Positions 46,816 through 56,155 of a stretch of DNA of 56,751 bases are shown here, piece after piece (position 1 is the first letter of the stretch; every line of letters starts with the position of its first letter). Position numbers and translations under genes: made by a program. Source of the DNA: Rhodanobacter sp. (GTDB lineage Bacteria > Pseudomonadota > Gammaproteobacteria > Xanthomonadales > Rhodanobacteraceae); assembly GCA_044463365.1 (NCBI GenBank), contig JBIQMK010000002.1:1-56751 (forward strand). The letters run 5' to 3'. The notes beneath the pieces are model-generated. The model was given only the letters and a program-made list of their open reading frames with translations, searched no databases and was not told the DNA's origin.

Positions 46816-47319
46816 ATGGCCGAACTGACTACCCAGGAACGATTGCAGCCCTCGCTGCTCGACCGGCTGACCGATGACGAGCCGGGCAAGGCGGACGAGA
46901 GCCGCGAAAAAAGGGTGATCTCGGCCACGCGTTTGCGCGACTGCGTGACGCGGGACATCTCCTGGCTGCTCAACTGCGTGCACCTGGACAACGATATCGA
47001 CCTGGAGCTCTACCCGGAGGTGGCGCGGTCGGTGCTGAATTTCGGCATTCCCGACCTTACCGGCATGGTCCTGGCCGGCATGGACGCCAGTGCGCTGCAG
47101 CGCCAGATCAAGGACGCCATCGTGGCCTTCGAACCGCGGCTCACCAGCAGCACGTTGCGGGTGACGGTACAGGCCGATCGCGCGCGGATGGATCACCAGT
47201 CCCTGGTGTTCAACATCGAATCGGAAATGTGGGCGCAGCCGATTCCGCTGAATCTCTACCTGAAAACCGAAGTGGACCTGGAAACAGGCAAGTTCAACGT
47301 TTCTGAAAGTTTTGGCTGA
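46816..47319 (+). CDS. tssE: T6SS baseplate TssE
   Basis: LQPSLLDRLTD, WLLN, SVLNFGIPD, FEPRL. Confidence 0.93.
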   Translation: MAELTTQERLQPSLLDRLTDDEPGKADESREKRVISATRLRDCVTRDISWLLNCVHLDNDIDLELYPEVARSVLNFGIPDLTGMVLAGMDASALQRQIKDAIVAFEPRLTSSTLRVTVQADRARMDHQSLVFNIESEMWAQPIPLNLYLKTEVDLETGKFNVSESFG

Positions 47320-47324
47320 CCCCG

Positions 47325-49208
47325 ATGGACCCGCGCCTGCTGCGTTACTACAACCGGGAATTGCAGCACGTCCGCGAGATGGGCGGCGAGTTCGCGCGCG
47401 AGTATCCGAAGATCGCCGGCCGCCTGGGCATGGAAGGCTTCGAGTGCGCCGACCCGTACGTGGAGCGGCTGCTGGAAGGCTTCGCGTTCCTGGCCGCGCG
47501 CGTGCAGTTGAAGCTCGATGCGCAGCAGCCGGTGTTCACCCAGCACCTGATGGAGATGATCTATCCGCACTACCTGGCGCCGGTGCCTTCGATGGCCGTG
47601 GTGCAGTTGCAGGCGGACCTGAAGGACAGCGCGCTGGCGACCGGGCATACCGTGCCCCGCGATACGGCCATGCGCAGCCTGATCGGGCGCGACGACCGCA
47701 CCGCCTGCGAATACCGCACGGCGCACGACGTCACCCTGTGGCCGCTGCAGATCACCGAAGCGAAGTATTTCGAAACGCCCGCCGCCATTGCCGCCGCGGG
47801 CGTACCGATGCCGTCGAACGCGACGGTGCGCTCGGGCCTGCGCCTGAAGTTCCAGGTGACCGCCGGCGCGCAGGCCAACATGCTGACGCTGGACGAGCTG
47901 CCGCTGTTCATCGCCGGCGCCGACGAACTGCCCAAGCGGCTGTACGAACAACTGCTGGCCAATGCGGTGGGCGTGGTGGTGCGCACGCAAGGCGCCAGCG
48001 GCCCGATCGATGAGCATCTCGATGGCGCCAGCATCCACAGCAAGGGTTTCGACGACAGCGAGGCACTGATTCCGTACAGCGGCCGCTCCTTCAGCGGCTA
48101 TCGCCTGCTGCAGGAATATTTCGCCTGTCCGGAACGCTTCCTGTTTGCCGTGTTCACCGGCCTGCGCAAGGTGCTGGCGCGCTCCAACAGCAGCGAATTC
48201 GAGATCGTGGTGCTGTTCGACCGCAGCGTGAACCGGCTGCACAACGCCGTGGATGCGGGCAACTTCCGCCTGTTCTGCACGCCGGCGATCAATCTGTTTC
48301 CGCGCCGCGCCGATCGCATCCATCTGCAGCAGGGCAAGACCGAATACCACGTGCTGGCCGACCGCACCCGGCCGATGGATTTCGAGGTCCACAGCGTCAG
48401 CAACGTCGAGGGTTTCGGCGACCGGCAGGAGCCCGAGCAGCGCTTCCAGCCGTTCTACGGCGGTGACGAGCGCACCTGGCACAGCGGCAACGCGGCGTTC
48501 TACACCGTGCGCCGCGAGCCGCGGTTGCTGTCGTCGCGGCAGAAGCTGCATGGCGCACGTTCCAGCTATGTCGGCAACGAGATGTTCATCTCCCTGGTCG
48601 ACGCGGCCGATGCGCCGTACTCCACCCAGTTGCGGCAGATCGGCATGCAGTTGCTGTGCACCAACCGCGACCTGCCGCTGCAGATGCCGGTGGGCAAATC
48701 GCATACCGATTTCACCCTGGACGTGGGCGCGCCGGTGCAGTCGATCCGCTGTGTGGCCGGCCCGACCAAGCCGCGGGCGTCGGTGGCGGTGGGCGAAACC
48801 GCCTGGCGATTGCTGAGCCACCTGCAGCTGAACTACGTCTCGCTGCTGGGCGACGGCAACGAGGATGGCGCCGCCGCGCTGCGCGAGATGCTGACGCTCT
48901 ACTGCGACGAGTTCGATTCCGGCGCCCGGCGCCAGGTCGAGGGCATCAAGGCGGTCCGTTCGCAGCCGATCGTGCGGCGCATTCCGGTGCCCGGACCGAT
49001 CACGTTCGGGCGCGGCCTGGAGATCACGCTCACCTGCGACGACGGCGCCTTCGAGGGCACCGGCGCCTTCCTGCTTGGCTCGGTCATGCAGCACTTTTTC
49101 GCGCGCTACGTTTCGGTCAATTCGTTTACCGAAACCGTACTGCGCACCCTGGAACGCAACGAGGTGGCCCGATGGCCGGTGCGGCTCGGCAAACGACAGA
49201 CGCTGTAG
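47325..49208 (+). CDS. tssF: T6SS baseplate TssF
   Basis: YYNREL..EFA..YPKIA, DPYVERLLEGFAFL, GYRLLQEYF, CTPAINLF, SVNSF. Confidence 0.96.
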   Translation: MDPRLLRYYNRELQHVREMGGEFAREYPKIAGRLGMEGFECADPYVERLLEGFAFLAARVQLKLDAQQPVFTQHLMEMIYPHYLAPVPSMAVVQLQADLKDSALATGHTVPRDTAMRSLIGRDDRTACEYRTAHDVTLWPLQITEAKYFETPAAIAAAGVPMPSNATVRSGLRLKFQVTAGAQANMLTLDELPLFIAGADELPKRLYEQLLANAVGVVVRTQGASGPIDEHLDGASIHSKGFDDSEALIPYSGRSFSGYRLLQEYFACPERFLFAVFTGLRKVLARSNSSEFEIVVLFDRSVNRLHNAVDAGNFRLFCTPAINLFPRRADRIHLQQGKTEYHVLADRTRPMDFEVHSVSNVEGFGDRQEPEQRFQPFYGGDERTWHSGNAAFYTVRREPRLLSSRQKLHGARSSYVGNEMFISLVDAADAPYSTQLRQIGMQLLCTNRDLPLQMPVGKSHTDFTLDVGAPVQSIRCVAGPTKPRASVAVGETAWRLLSHLQLNYVSLLGDGNEDGAAALREMLTLYCDEFDSGARRQVEGIKAVRSQPIVRRIPVPGPITFGRGLEITLTCDDGAFEGTGAFLLGSVMQHFFARYVSVNSFTETVLRTLERNEVARWPVRLGKRQTL

Positions 49209-50194
49209 CGCTGCAGAACGCGCTGCGCGACCGGCCGGAGGACTTCGAATTTTTCGAAGCCATCCGCCGGCTCGAGTGCGCCTATCCGGAGCAGCCGCGC
49301 GTGGGCGAATCCACCAAGCCCGCCGAGGACATGGTGCGCCTGTGCCACACGCCGTCGCTGTCGTTCGCGCCGCGCGCCATCGACCGTTTCGAGCCCGGCG
49401 GGGAAGGCGCGCCCGCGCGCATGCACGGACTGTTCTTCGGCCTGTTCGGCCCCAACGCGCCATTGCCGCTGCACCTGACCGAATACGCGCTGGATCGCCA
49501 GCACAACGCGAAGGATTCCACCTTCATCGCGTTCGCCGACATTTTCCATCACCGCATGACCAGCCTGTTCTATCGGGCGTGGGCCGATGCGCAACCGACG
49601 GTGCAGTTCGATCGCCCGCAGGAGGATCGATTCGGCACCTACATGGGTGCGCTGGTGGGCCTGGCCACGCCCGGCCTGGGCGACCGCGACGCGATGCCGG
49701 ACCAGTACAAGCGCTTTTTTGCGGGACGGTTGCTGGTGCAGGCGCGCAACGCCGAGGGTTTGCGCGCACTGCTGCAGGATTTCTTCCGCATCCCGGTGCG
49801 CATCGTGGAATTCGTGGCCGAGTGGATGCGTCTGCCGCCGACGGCGCACCTGCGGCTGGGTCGCTCCGGCGAGGTGGCCGGGCTGGGCCTTACCGCGGTG
49901 ATGGGCGAATACGTGTGGGGCGCGCAGCAGCGCTTCCGGCTGCGGCTGGGCCCGCTCGATCGCGTGCAGTTCAACAACTTCCTGCCCGGCGGCGAAGCGC
50001 TGCGGCAACTGGTGGCGGCGGTGAAAACCTACATCGGGGAAGAGAAAGCGTGGGACGTGCAGCTGGTGCTGAACCGGGACGAGGTGCCGGTGACGCGCCT
50101 GGGGCAGGCCGGCCGATTGGGCCTGACCACCTGGATGGGCCGGCGCCAGCACGACGGCGATGCCGACCAGGTGGTGCTCAGGCCGGCGGGATGA
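49172..50194 (+). CDS. tssG: T6SS baseplate TssG
   Basis: FFEAIRRLE, GLFGPNAPLPLHLTEY, DIFHHR, FLPGG; overlaps the tssF end. Confidence 0.94.
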   Translation: MAGAARQTTDAVALQNALRDRPEDFEFFEAIRRLECAYPEQPRVGESTKPAEDMVRLCHTPSLSFAPRAIDRFEPGGEGAPARMHGLFFGLFGPNAPLPLHLTEYALDRQHNAKDSTFIAFADIFHHRMTSLFYRAWADAQPTVQFDRPQEDRFGTYMGALVGLATPGLGDRDAMPDQYKRFFAGRLLVQARNAEGLRALLQDFFRIPVRIVEFVAEWMRLPPTAHLRLGRSGEVAGLGLTAVMGEYVWGAQQRFRLRLGPLDRVQFNNFLPGGEALRQLVAAVKTYIGEEKAWDVQLVLNRDEVPVTRLGQAGRLGLTTWMGRRQHDGDADQVVLRPAG

Positions 50195-50290
50195 CACGGC
50201 GCGGGGCGCCACTCGATCAAGGCGGTAGCCGCGGCGCGTCCATCGACGACGGCGGACACCGATGACCAATCAACCGAAGGGATAAAAGTC

Positions 50291-53029
50291 ATGGCGGAAA
50301 TCACTCGCAGCGCGCTGTTCGGCAAGCTCAACAAGCTGGCGTACCGGGGCATCGAAAGTGCCACCGTGTTCTGCAAGCTGCGCGGCAATCCCTATGTCGA
50401 GCTGGTGCACTGGATCCACCAGATCCTGCAGCTGCAGGATTCGGACCTGCACCGCATCATCAAGCAGTTCAACCTCAACCCGTCCAACCTGGCGCGTGAC
50501 GTCACCGATGCGCTGGACCGGTTGCCGCGCGGCTCCTCTTCAATCTCCGATCTCTCCAGCAACGTGGAGGAGGCGGTGGAGCGCGGCTGGGTGTTCGCCA
50601 CGCTGATGTTCGGCGAGGCGCAGGTACGTACCGGCTACCTGATCGTGGGCGTGGTGCGCACGCGCCACCTGCGCAACGCGCTGGTGGCCATCTCGGCGGA
50701 GTTCGACAAGATCAAGCCCGAGGCACTGGTGGAGAAATTCGCCGAGGTGGTTGCCGGCTCGCCCGAGGACGGCCAGAGCGCAAGCGACGGCTTCCATCTC
50801 GGCGGCGCCGGCGCGCCGGGCGAAGCCAGCGGCGCCATGGGCCCGGCACAGATGGGCAAGCAGGAGGCGCTCAAGCAATTCACCGTCGACCTCACCGAGC
50901 AGGCTCGCAGCGGCAAGATTGACCCGATCGTTGGCCGCGACGAGGAGATCCGCCAGGTGGTCGACATCCTGATGCGCCGCCGCCAGAACAATCCGATGCT
51001 GGTCGGTGAAGCCGGTGTCGGCAAGACCGCCGTGGTCGAAGGCTTCGCGCTGCGCATCGCCAACGGCGACGTGCCGCCGCCGCTGAAAGACGTGGAGCTG
51101 CGCACGCTGGACGTGGGCCTGCTGCAGGCCGGCGCCAGCATGAAGGGCGAGTTCGAGAACCGCCTGCGCCAGGTGATCGAGGAAGTGCAGGCCAGCCCCA
51201 GGCCGATCATCCTGTTCATCGACGAGGCACACACCCTGGTGGGTGCCGGCGGCGCGGCCGGCACCGGCGACGCCGCCAACCTGCTCAAGCCCGCGCTGGC
51301 GCGCGGCAACCTGCGCACCGTGGGCGCCACCACCTGGGCCGAGTACAAGAAACACATCGAGAAGGACCCCGCGCTCACCCGCCGCTTCCAGACCGTGCAG
51401 GTCGACGAGCCCAGCGAGGAGAAGGCCATCCTGATGATGCGCGGCGTCGCCAGCGTGATGGAGAAGCACCATCGCGTGCAGATCCTGGACGAGGCACTGG
51501 AGGCGGCGGTCAAGCTGTCGCACCGCTACATTCCCGCGCGCCAGTTGCCGGACAAGTCGGTGAGCCTGCTGGACACCGCCTGCGCCCGCGTCGCCATCAG
51601 CCAGCACGCCGTGCCTGCCGAAGTGGATGACACCCGCAAGCGCATCCAGGCGCTGGAAGTGGAGCTGGGCATCATCGCCCGCGAGAAGACCGTGGGCGTG
51701 GACGTGGCCGAGCGCGAAGCGGCCGCCAGCGAGAAGCTGGCCGACGCGAAGACACGGCTGGAAACGCTGGAGGTCAACTGGCAGGTGGAGAAAGGCCTGG
51801 TCGAGAAGATCCTTGGCCTCCGCGCCCGCCTGCGCGGCGACGGTGCACCGGTCGAGGGCACCGGCAGCGCGCTGGAGCAGGCGGCCGACGCCGAAGCCGG
51901 CGAGGTGGCCGTGGCCAGTGCCGCGCTCACCGAGGCCGAGCGCGTCGCCGCGCTGGACGAGCTGAAAAGCCTGCAGGCCCAGCTCGCCGAATCCCAGGGC
52001 GAGAACCCGCTGATCCTGCCCACCGTCGACTACGTGGCGGTCGGTTCGGTCGTTTCCGACTGGACGGGCATCCCCGTGGGCCGGATGGTCAAGAGCGAGC
52101 TGGAAACCGTGATGAGCCTGGCCTCCATCATGGGCAAGCGCGTGATTGGCCAGGACCACGCGATGGAGATGATCGCGCGCCGCATCCAGACCTCGCGTGC
52201 CGGTCTGGACAACCCCAGCAAGCCGATCGGCGTGTTCATGCTCGCCGGCACCTCCGGCGTGGGCAAGACCGAAACCGCGCTGGCGCTGGCCGAGGCGCTG
52301 TACGGCGGCGAGCAGAACCTCATCACCATCAACATGAGCGAATTCCAGGAGGCGCACACCGTCTCCACGCTCAAGGGCGCGCCGCCCGGCTACGTGGGCT
52401 ACGGCGAAGGCGGCGTGCTCACCGAAGCCGTGCGCCGCAAGCCGTATTCCGTGGTGCTGCTGGACGAGGTCGAGAAGGCCCACCCCGACGTGCACGAGAT
52501 CTTCTTCCAGGTGTTCGACAAGGGCGTGATGGAAGACGGCGAAGGCCGCCAAATCGACTTCAAGAACACCCTGATCCTGCTCACCACCAACGCCGGCACC
52601 GACCTCATCGCCAGCATGTGCAAGGACCCGGAGCTGATGCCCGAACCCGAAGGCATGGCCAAGGCGCTGCGCGAGCCACTGCTGAAAATCTTCCCGCCTG
52701 CGCTGCTGGGCCGCCTGGTGACGATTCCGTATTACCCACTCAGCCCCGAGATGCTGGGCAAAATCGTGGAGTTGCAGATCAACCGCATCAAGAAACGCGT
52801 CGAAGCTCGCTACAAGATTCCGTTCGATTGCAGCGAGGACGTGGTCAAGCTGGTGGTCGAACGCTGCACCGAGACGGAATCGGGCGGTCGCATGATCGAC
52901 GCCATTCTCACCAATTCCATGCTGCCGGATATCTCGCGGGCATTTTTGACCCGGATGATAGCGGGCGAGGGGATTGCGAAGGTGGATGTGACTGTTGAAG
53001 ACGGCGAATTTTCGTACCGGTTTGCCTGA
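50291..53029 (+). CDS. tssH: T6SS AAA+ ATPase TssH/ClpV
   Basis: LFGKLN, DILMRRRQNNP, GEAGVGKT, GTSGVGKTET, INMSEFQEAH, ESGGR. Confidence 0.97.
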   Translation: MAEITRSALFGKLNKLAYRGIESATVFCKLRGNPYVELVHWIHQILQLQDSDLHRIIKQFNLNPSNLARDVTDALDRLPRGSSSISDLSSNVEEAVERGWVFATLMFGEAQVRTGYLIVGVVRTRHLRNALVAISAEFDKIKPEALVEKFAEVVAGSPEDGQSASDGFHLGGAGAPGEASGAMGPAQMGKQEALKQFTVDLTEQARSGKIDPIVGRDEEIRQVVDILMRRRQNNPMLVGEAGVGKTAVVEGFALRIANGDVPPPLKDVELRTLDVGLLQAGASMKGEFENRLRQVIEEVQASPRPIILFIDEAHTLVGAGGAAGTGDAANLLKPALARGNLRTVGATTWAEYKKHIEKDPALTRRFQTVQVDEPSEEKAILMMRGVASVMEKHHRVQILDEALEAAVKLSHRYIPARQLPDKSVSLLDTACARVAISQHAVPAEVDDTRKRIQALEVELGIIAREKTVGVDVAEREAAASEKLADAKTRLETLEVNWQVEKGLVEKILGLRARLRGDGAPVEGTGSALEQAADAEAGEVAVASAALTEAERVAALDELKSLQAQLAESQGENPLILPTVDYVAVGSVVSDWTGIPVGRMVKSELETVMSLASIMGKRVIGQDHAMEMIARRIQTSRAGLDNPSKPIGVFMLAGTSGVGKTETALALAEALYGGEQNLITINMSEFQEAHTVSTLKGAPPGYVGYGEGGVLTEAVRRKPYSVVLLDEVEKAHPDVHEIFFQVFDKGVMEDGEGRQIDFKNTLILLTTNAGTDLIASMCKDPELMPEPEGMAKALREPLLKIFPPALLGRLVTIPYYPLSPEMLGKIVELQINRIKKRVEARYKIPFDCSEDVVKLVVERCTETESGGRMIDAILTNSMLPDISRAFLTRMIAGEGIAKVDVTVEDGEFSYRFA

Positions 53030-53082
53030 AGCAAGGCGAACCCGATTGTGAATTTCAGTTTCCCTATCTAGGAGTCGAGCTT

Positions 53083-54165
53083 ATGGCGGGGTTTGGAGCT
53101 TTTGCCAACAAGCGCTTGTGTGACGTGGTATTCCCGGGTACGCATGACGCGGGTATTTACGGCAACGATCTTGGCGGCGTGATCAAGACACAGAATCTGA
53201 GCATTGGCGAGCAGGCGAAGGCGGGCGTGCGCTATTTCGACCTGCGCATCATCAACGTCAAGACTGGGAACAAGCTGGAGCAAAAGGCTTACCACGCCCC
53301 TGGCTTCAGCCGGAAGGAGGACAAGAAGCTCGGTTCGTATCAGACGCCGGCTACAGGCGGTGGCGTGGGTAGCGACCGCCTGACGCAGATGCTCGACCAG
53401 GCTCGCGAATTCGTGATGAAAAACCCGGAGGAGTTTCTCATCCTGCGCTTCTCCAAGTGCGGTGACATGGTAGAGGTGGCCAACCAGTGCATTTTGAAAC
53501 TGGGTGACCAGCGGTTCGCGAGCAACGTCAACCTCAACGTGGCCACGATCGCCTCGCTGCAGGGCAAGGTCATCGTGGTTTTCGACAGCGGTGATTTCAA
53601 CAAATTTCCCGCACTGCTCAAGAGCACGCCCGGAATCCTTCCGGTCAAGGCCATGTTCAACAAGTCCGGCGATGGGCACGCCGAATACAGTCCGCATATG
53701 TGGGGCTTGCAGTATTTCGGCAGCTACTCCAACACCGGCGACAAGAAGAAGAACATCAAGAAGCAGCTGAACATCCTTTCGCAGGGGCCGATCAGCAGCC
53801 CGGAACTGCTGGGCATGATGTACTGGACGCTCACCAGCAACTGGAAAGAGGGCCTGCACAAGCTCTTCTACAGCATCGAGAACCGCGACAAGGGTATGTG
53901 GACGTCGTCGCAGAAGGCACTGACCGATGCGTGGAAAGCCGGCGTAAAGCAGCACATCATCGCCAGGGCCGGCGTGTTGCATCAGCAGTGGCGTGCCAAC
54001 GGATTCCCGCCGCAGGCTGTCGATCGGGTGTCCAAGTCATTCATGCCCAACATCGTCATGATCGATTTCGCCGATCCCAATCGTTGCGCCACGATCTGGA
54101 ACCTCAATCTTGCGACCGAGGACATGATTGGAAAATTGCGCGATGACCTGCTGGTGACAGGGTGA
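53083..54165 (+). CDS. PI-PLC-like phosphodiesterase (X-domain), no signal peptide; candidate T6SS effector
   Basis: RBS aggag; FPGTHDAG, TQNLSIGEQ..GVRYFDLR, YH, NPEEFLILRFS, GKVIV, C-terminal NIVMIDF. Confidence 0.8.
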   Translation: MAGFGAFANKRLCDVVFPGTHDAGIYGNDLGGVIKTQNLSIGEQAKAGVRYFDLRIINVKTGNKLEQKAYHAPGFSRKEDKKLGSYQTPATGGGVGSDRLTQMLDQAREFVMKNPEEFLILRFSKCGDMVEVANQCILKLGDQRFASNVNLNVATIASLQGKVIVVFDSGDFNKFPALLKSTPGILPVKAMFNKSGDGHAEYSPHMWGLQYFGSYSNTGDKKKNIKKQLNILSQGPISSPELLGMMYWTLTSNWKEGLHKLFYSIENRDKGMWTSSQKALTDAWKAGVKQHIIARAGVLHQQWRANGFPPQAVDRVSKSFMPNIVMIDFADPNRCATIWNLNLATEDMIGKLRDDLLVTG

Positions 54166-54324
54166 CCGGCGAGAACGCCATGCGTACGCACCGGCTTGCC
54201 TCCAGGTCGCACCAGGTTCCGCTGGCAACAGGATCGGGATCAGCTGTTTCGTCCACGGCCGTCGATGGCTGCTGGCGACAACGGTCGCAGGGAGGCCAGG
54301 GGCGCTTTTGAGCGTTGTTGTGCG

Positions 54325-54366
54325 ATTGGGCAATCGGGCGAGGTCCGCTTCTCCCGATTGCCCAAT
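54325..54366. other. Long hairpin upstream of PAAR
   Basis: attgggcaatcggg / cccgattgcccaat, 14-bp perfect stem with an imperfect extension. Confidence 0.6.
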
Positions 54367-54395
54367 TCTTCAAATGAATTTTCCGGGAGTCGACC

Positions 54396-54683
54396 ATGCA
54401 ACCTGCCGCCCGCCTTACCGACATGCACACCTGTCCGATGACCACCGGGCCGGTGCCGCACGTGGGCGGGCCGATTTCCGCGCCCGGTGTGCCGAAAGTG
54501 CTGATCGGCGGCCTGCCTGCCGCCTGCATGGGCGACATGGCGGTTTGCGTCGGGCCGCCGGATTCGATCATCAAGGGCTCCACGAAAGTGCTCATCGGCG
54601 GCAAACCGGCCGCGCGCATGGGCGACAGCACGGCGCACGGCGGCGTGATCGTATTGGGTTGCATGAAGGTGTTGATAGGTTGA
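54396..54683 (+). CDS. PAAR-repeat spike-tip protein (stand-alone)
   Basis: MQPAARLTDMHTCP, PHVGGPI, PAACMGD, GKPAARMGDSTAHGG; 95 aa. Confidence 0.95.
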   Translation: MQPAARLTDMHTCPMTTGPVPHVGGPISAPGVPKVLIGGLPAACMGDMAVCVGPPDSIIKGSTKVLIGGKPAARMGDSTAHGGVIVLGCMKVLIG

Positions 54684-56074
54684 TGGCAAGGGGAAGAGGC
54701 GTGGCATCGAAGAACGCGAACGTGAGCTGGCGCGCGCCGGCACCGGCGCAGCCGGCGTATGCGGCGGTGCTGGAGCGCGCGATGAAGGCACATCAGGCCC
54801 ACGACCTGGACACGGCCGAGCGGCTGTACGGCGAGGTGCTGGAGCTGCGCGCGGCGCAGCCCGATGCGCTGCATTACCTGGGCGTGCTGATGCACCAGCG
54901 CGACCGCAGCGACGAAGCCGTGGCGCTGATCCAGACCGCGCTGAAGATCACCCCGAAACACCCCGACGCGCACAACAACCTGGGCAACATCCACAAGGAG
55001 TGCGGTCGCCTGGCCGAAGCCGAGGCGTGCTACCGGCGCGCGCTGGAGTGCGGTCCCACGCATTACAACGCGCTCAGCAACCTAGCCTTCGTGCTGGAAG
55101 TGCAGGAGCGGCCCGACGAGGCATTCGAGGCCTATGCCCGACTGTTGCGCGAGGCGCCGACGTTCGCCCACGGGCAATACATGATGGGCCTGTTCCTGCG
55201 CAATTTCGCCCAGAACGTGGAACACGTCGAACAGTCGATCGAATGTTTTCGCGAGGCCTACCGGCTGGATCCGCGCAACGTGCGTGCGCTGGAAGGGCTG
55301 GGGGTTTCGCTGTACACGCTGGGCCGCCACGACGAGGCCCGGGATGTCTACCGCAGCTGGCTCGGGCGCGAGCCGGACAACCCGATACCGCGCCACATGC
55401 TGGCGGCCACCGGCGGCGCGGAAATTCCGCCGCGCGCGGACGAGGCCTACGTGCGCAACGTGTTCGACGGCTTCGCCGACAGCTTCGACGAGCAGTTGCT
55501 GAAGAACCTCGACTACCGCGCTCCGGAGGTGCTGACCGACGCGCTGGGCAGCGTGCTGCCCGCGGCCGACGGCAGCCTCGACGTGCTCGACGCCGGTTGT
55601 GGCACGGGCCTGTGCGCGCCCTTGTTGCGCCCGCGCGCCCGCACGCTGGTGGGCGTGGACCTTTCCGGCGGCATGATCGAAAAGGCGCGCGCCCGCGGTG
55701 GCTACGACGAGTTGGTGGTGGCGGAACTCACCGCGTATCTGCAGACACATCCCGCGGCCTACGACGTGGTGATCTCGGCCGACACGCTGATCTATTTCGG
55801 CGACCTGGCGCCCGTGCTGAAAGCGGCGCACGGTGCCTTGCGGCCGGGTGGCTGGCTGGCCTTCACGCTGGAGGTGCTGGAGGGCGAGGGCGACCGCTAC
55901 GAGTTGTCCTCCAGCGGGCGCTACCAGCACACCCGCGACCACACGCAGGCGATCGTCGAGGCCGCGGGTTTCGACCGCATCACGATCGGCATGGACATGT
56001 TGCGCAAGGAGCACGGCAAGATCGTGTCGGGCTGGGTGGTGCTGGCACGGCGCGGAGGGAACGACATGCGCTGA
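54683..56074 (+). CDS. TPR-repeat protein fused to class I SAM-dependent methyltransferase (COG4976-like)
   Basis: TPRs (PDALHYLG, PDAHNNLGN); YVRNVFDGFADSFDEQL..LDYRAP, VLDAGCGTG, GVDLS..M, ADTLIYFGDL, GRYQH; TGATG coupling to PAAR (GTG 54701 alternative). Confidence 0.88.
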   Translation: MARGRGVASKNANVSWRAPAPAQPAYAAVLERAMKAHQAHDLDTAERLYGEVLELRAAQPDALHYLGVLMHQRDRSDEAVALIQTALKITPKHPDAHNNLGNIHKECGRLAEAEACYRRALECGPTHYNALSNLAFVLEVQERPDEAFEAYARLLREAPTFAHGQYMMGLFLRNFAQNVEHVEQSIECFREAYRLDPRNVRALEGLGVSLYTLGRHDEARDVYRSWLGREPDNPIPRHMLAATGGAEIPPRADEAYVRNVFDGFADSFDEQLLKNLDYRAPEVLTDALGSVLPAADGSLDVLDAGCGTGLCAPLLRPRARTLVGVDLSGGMIEKARARGGYDELVVAELTAYLQTHPAAYDVVISADTLIYFGDLAPVLKAAHGALRPGGWLAFTLEVLEGEGDRYELSSSGRYQHTRDHTQAIVEAAGFDRITIGMDMLRKEHGKIVSGWVVLARRGGNDMR

Positions 56075-56155
56075 TGCGGATTCCCGTATCGGCGCCGGCG
56101 CCGACCACCACGCGCACGCAGTTCAGTGCGCACAGATTCCCCGGAGACGCGACAC

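Noticed and set aside
54166-54441. 81-aa ORF 54196-54441 as a PLC immunity protein
   Set aside because: TTG start without RBS, Arg/Pro-rich low-information sequence, runs through the hairpin and overlaps PAAR.
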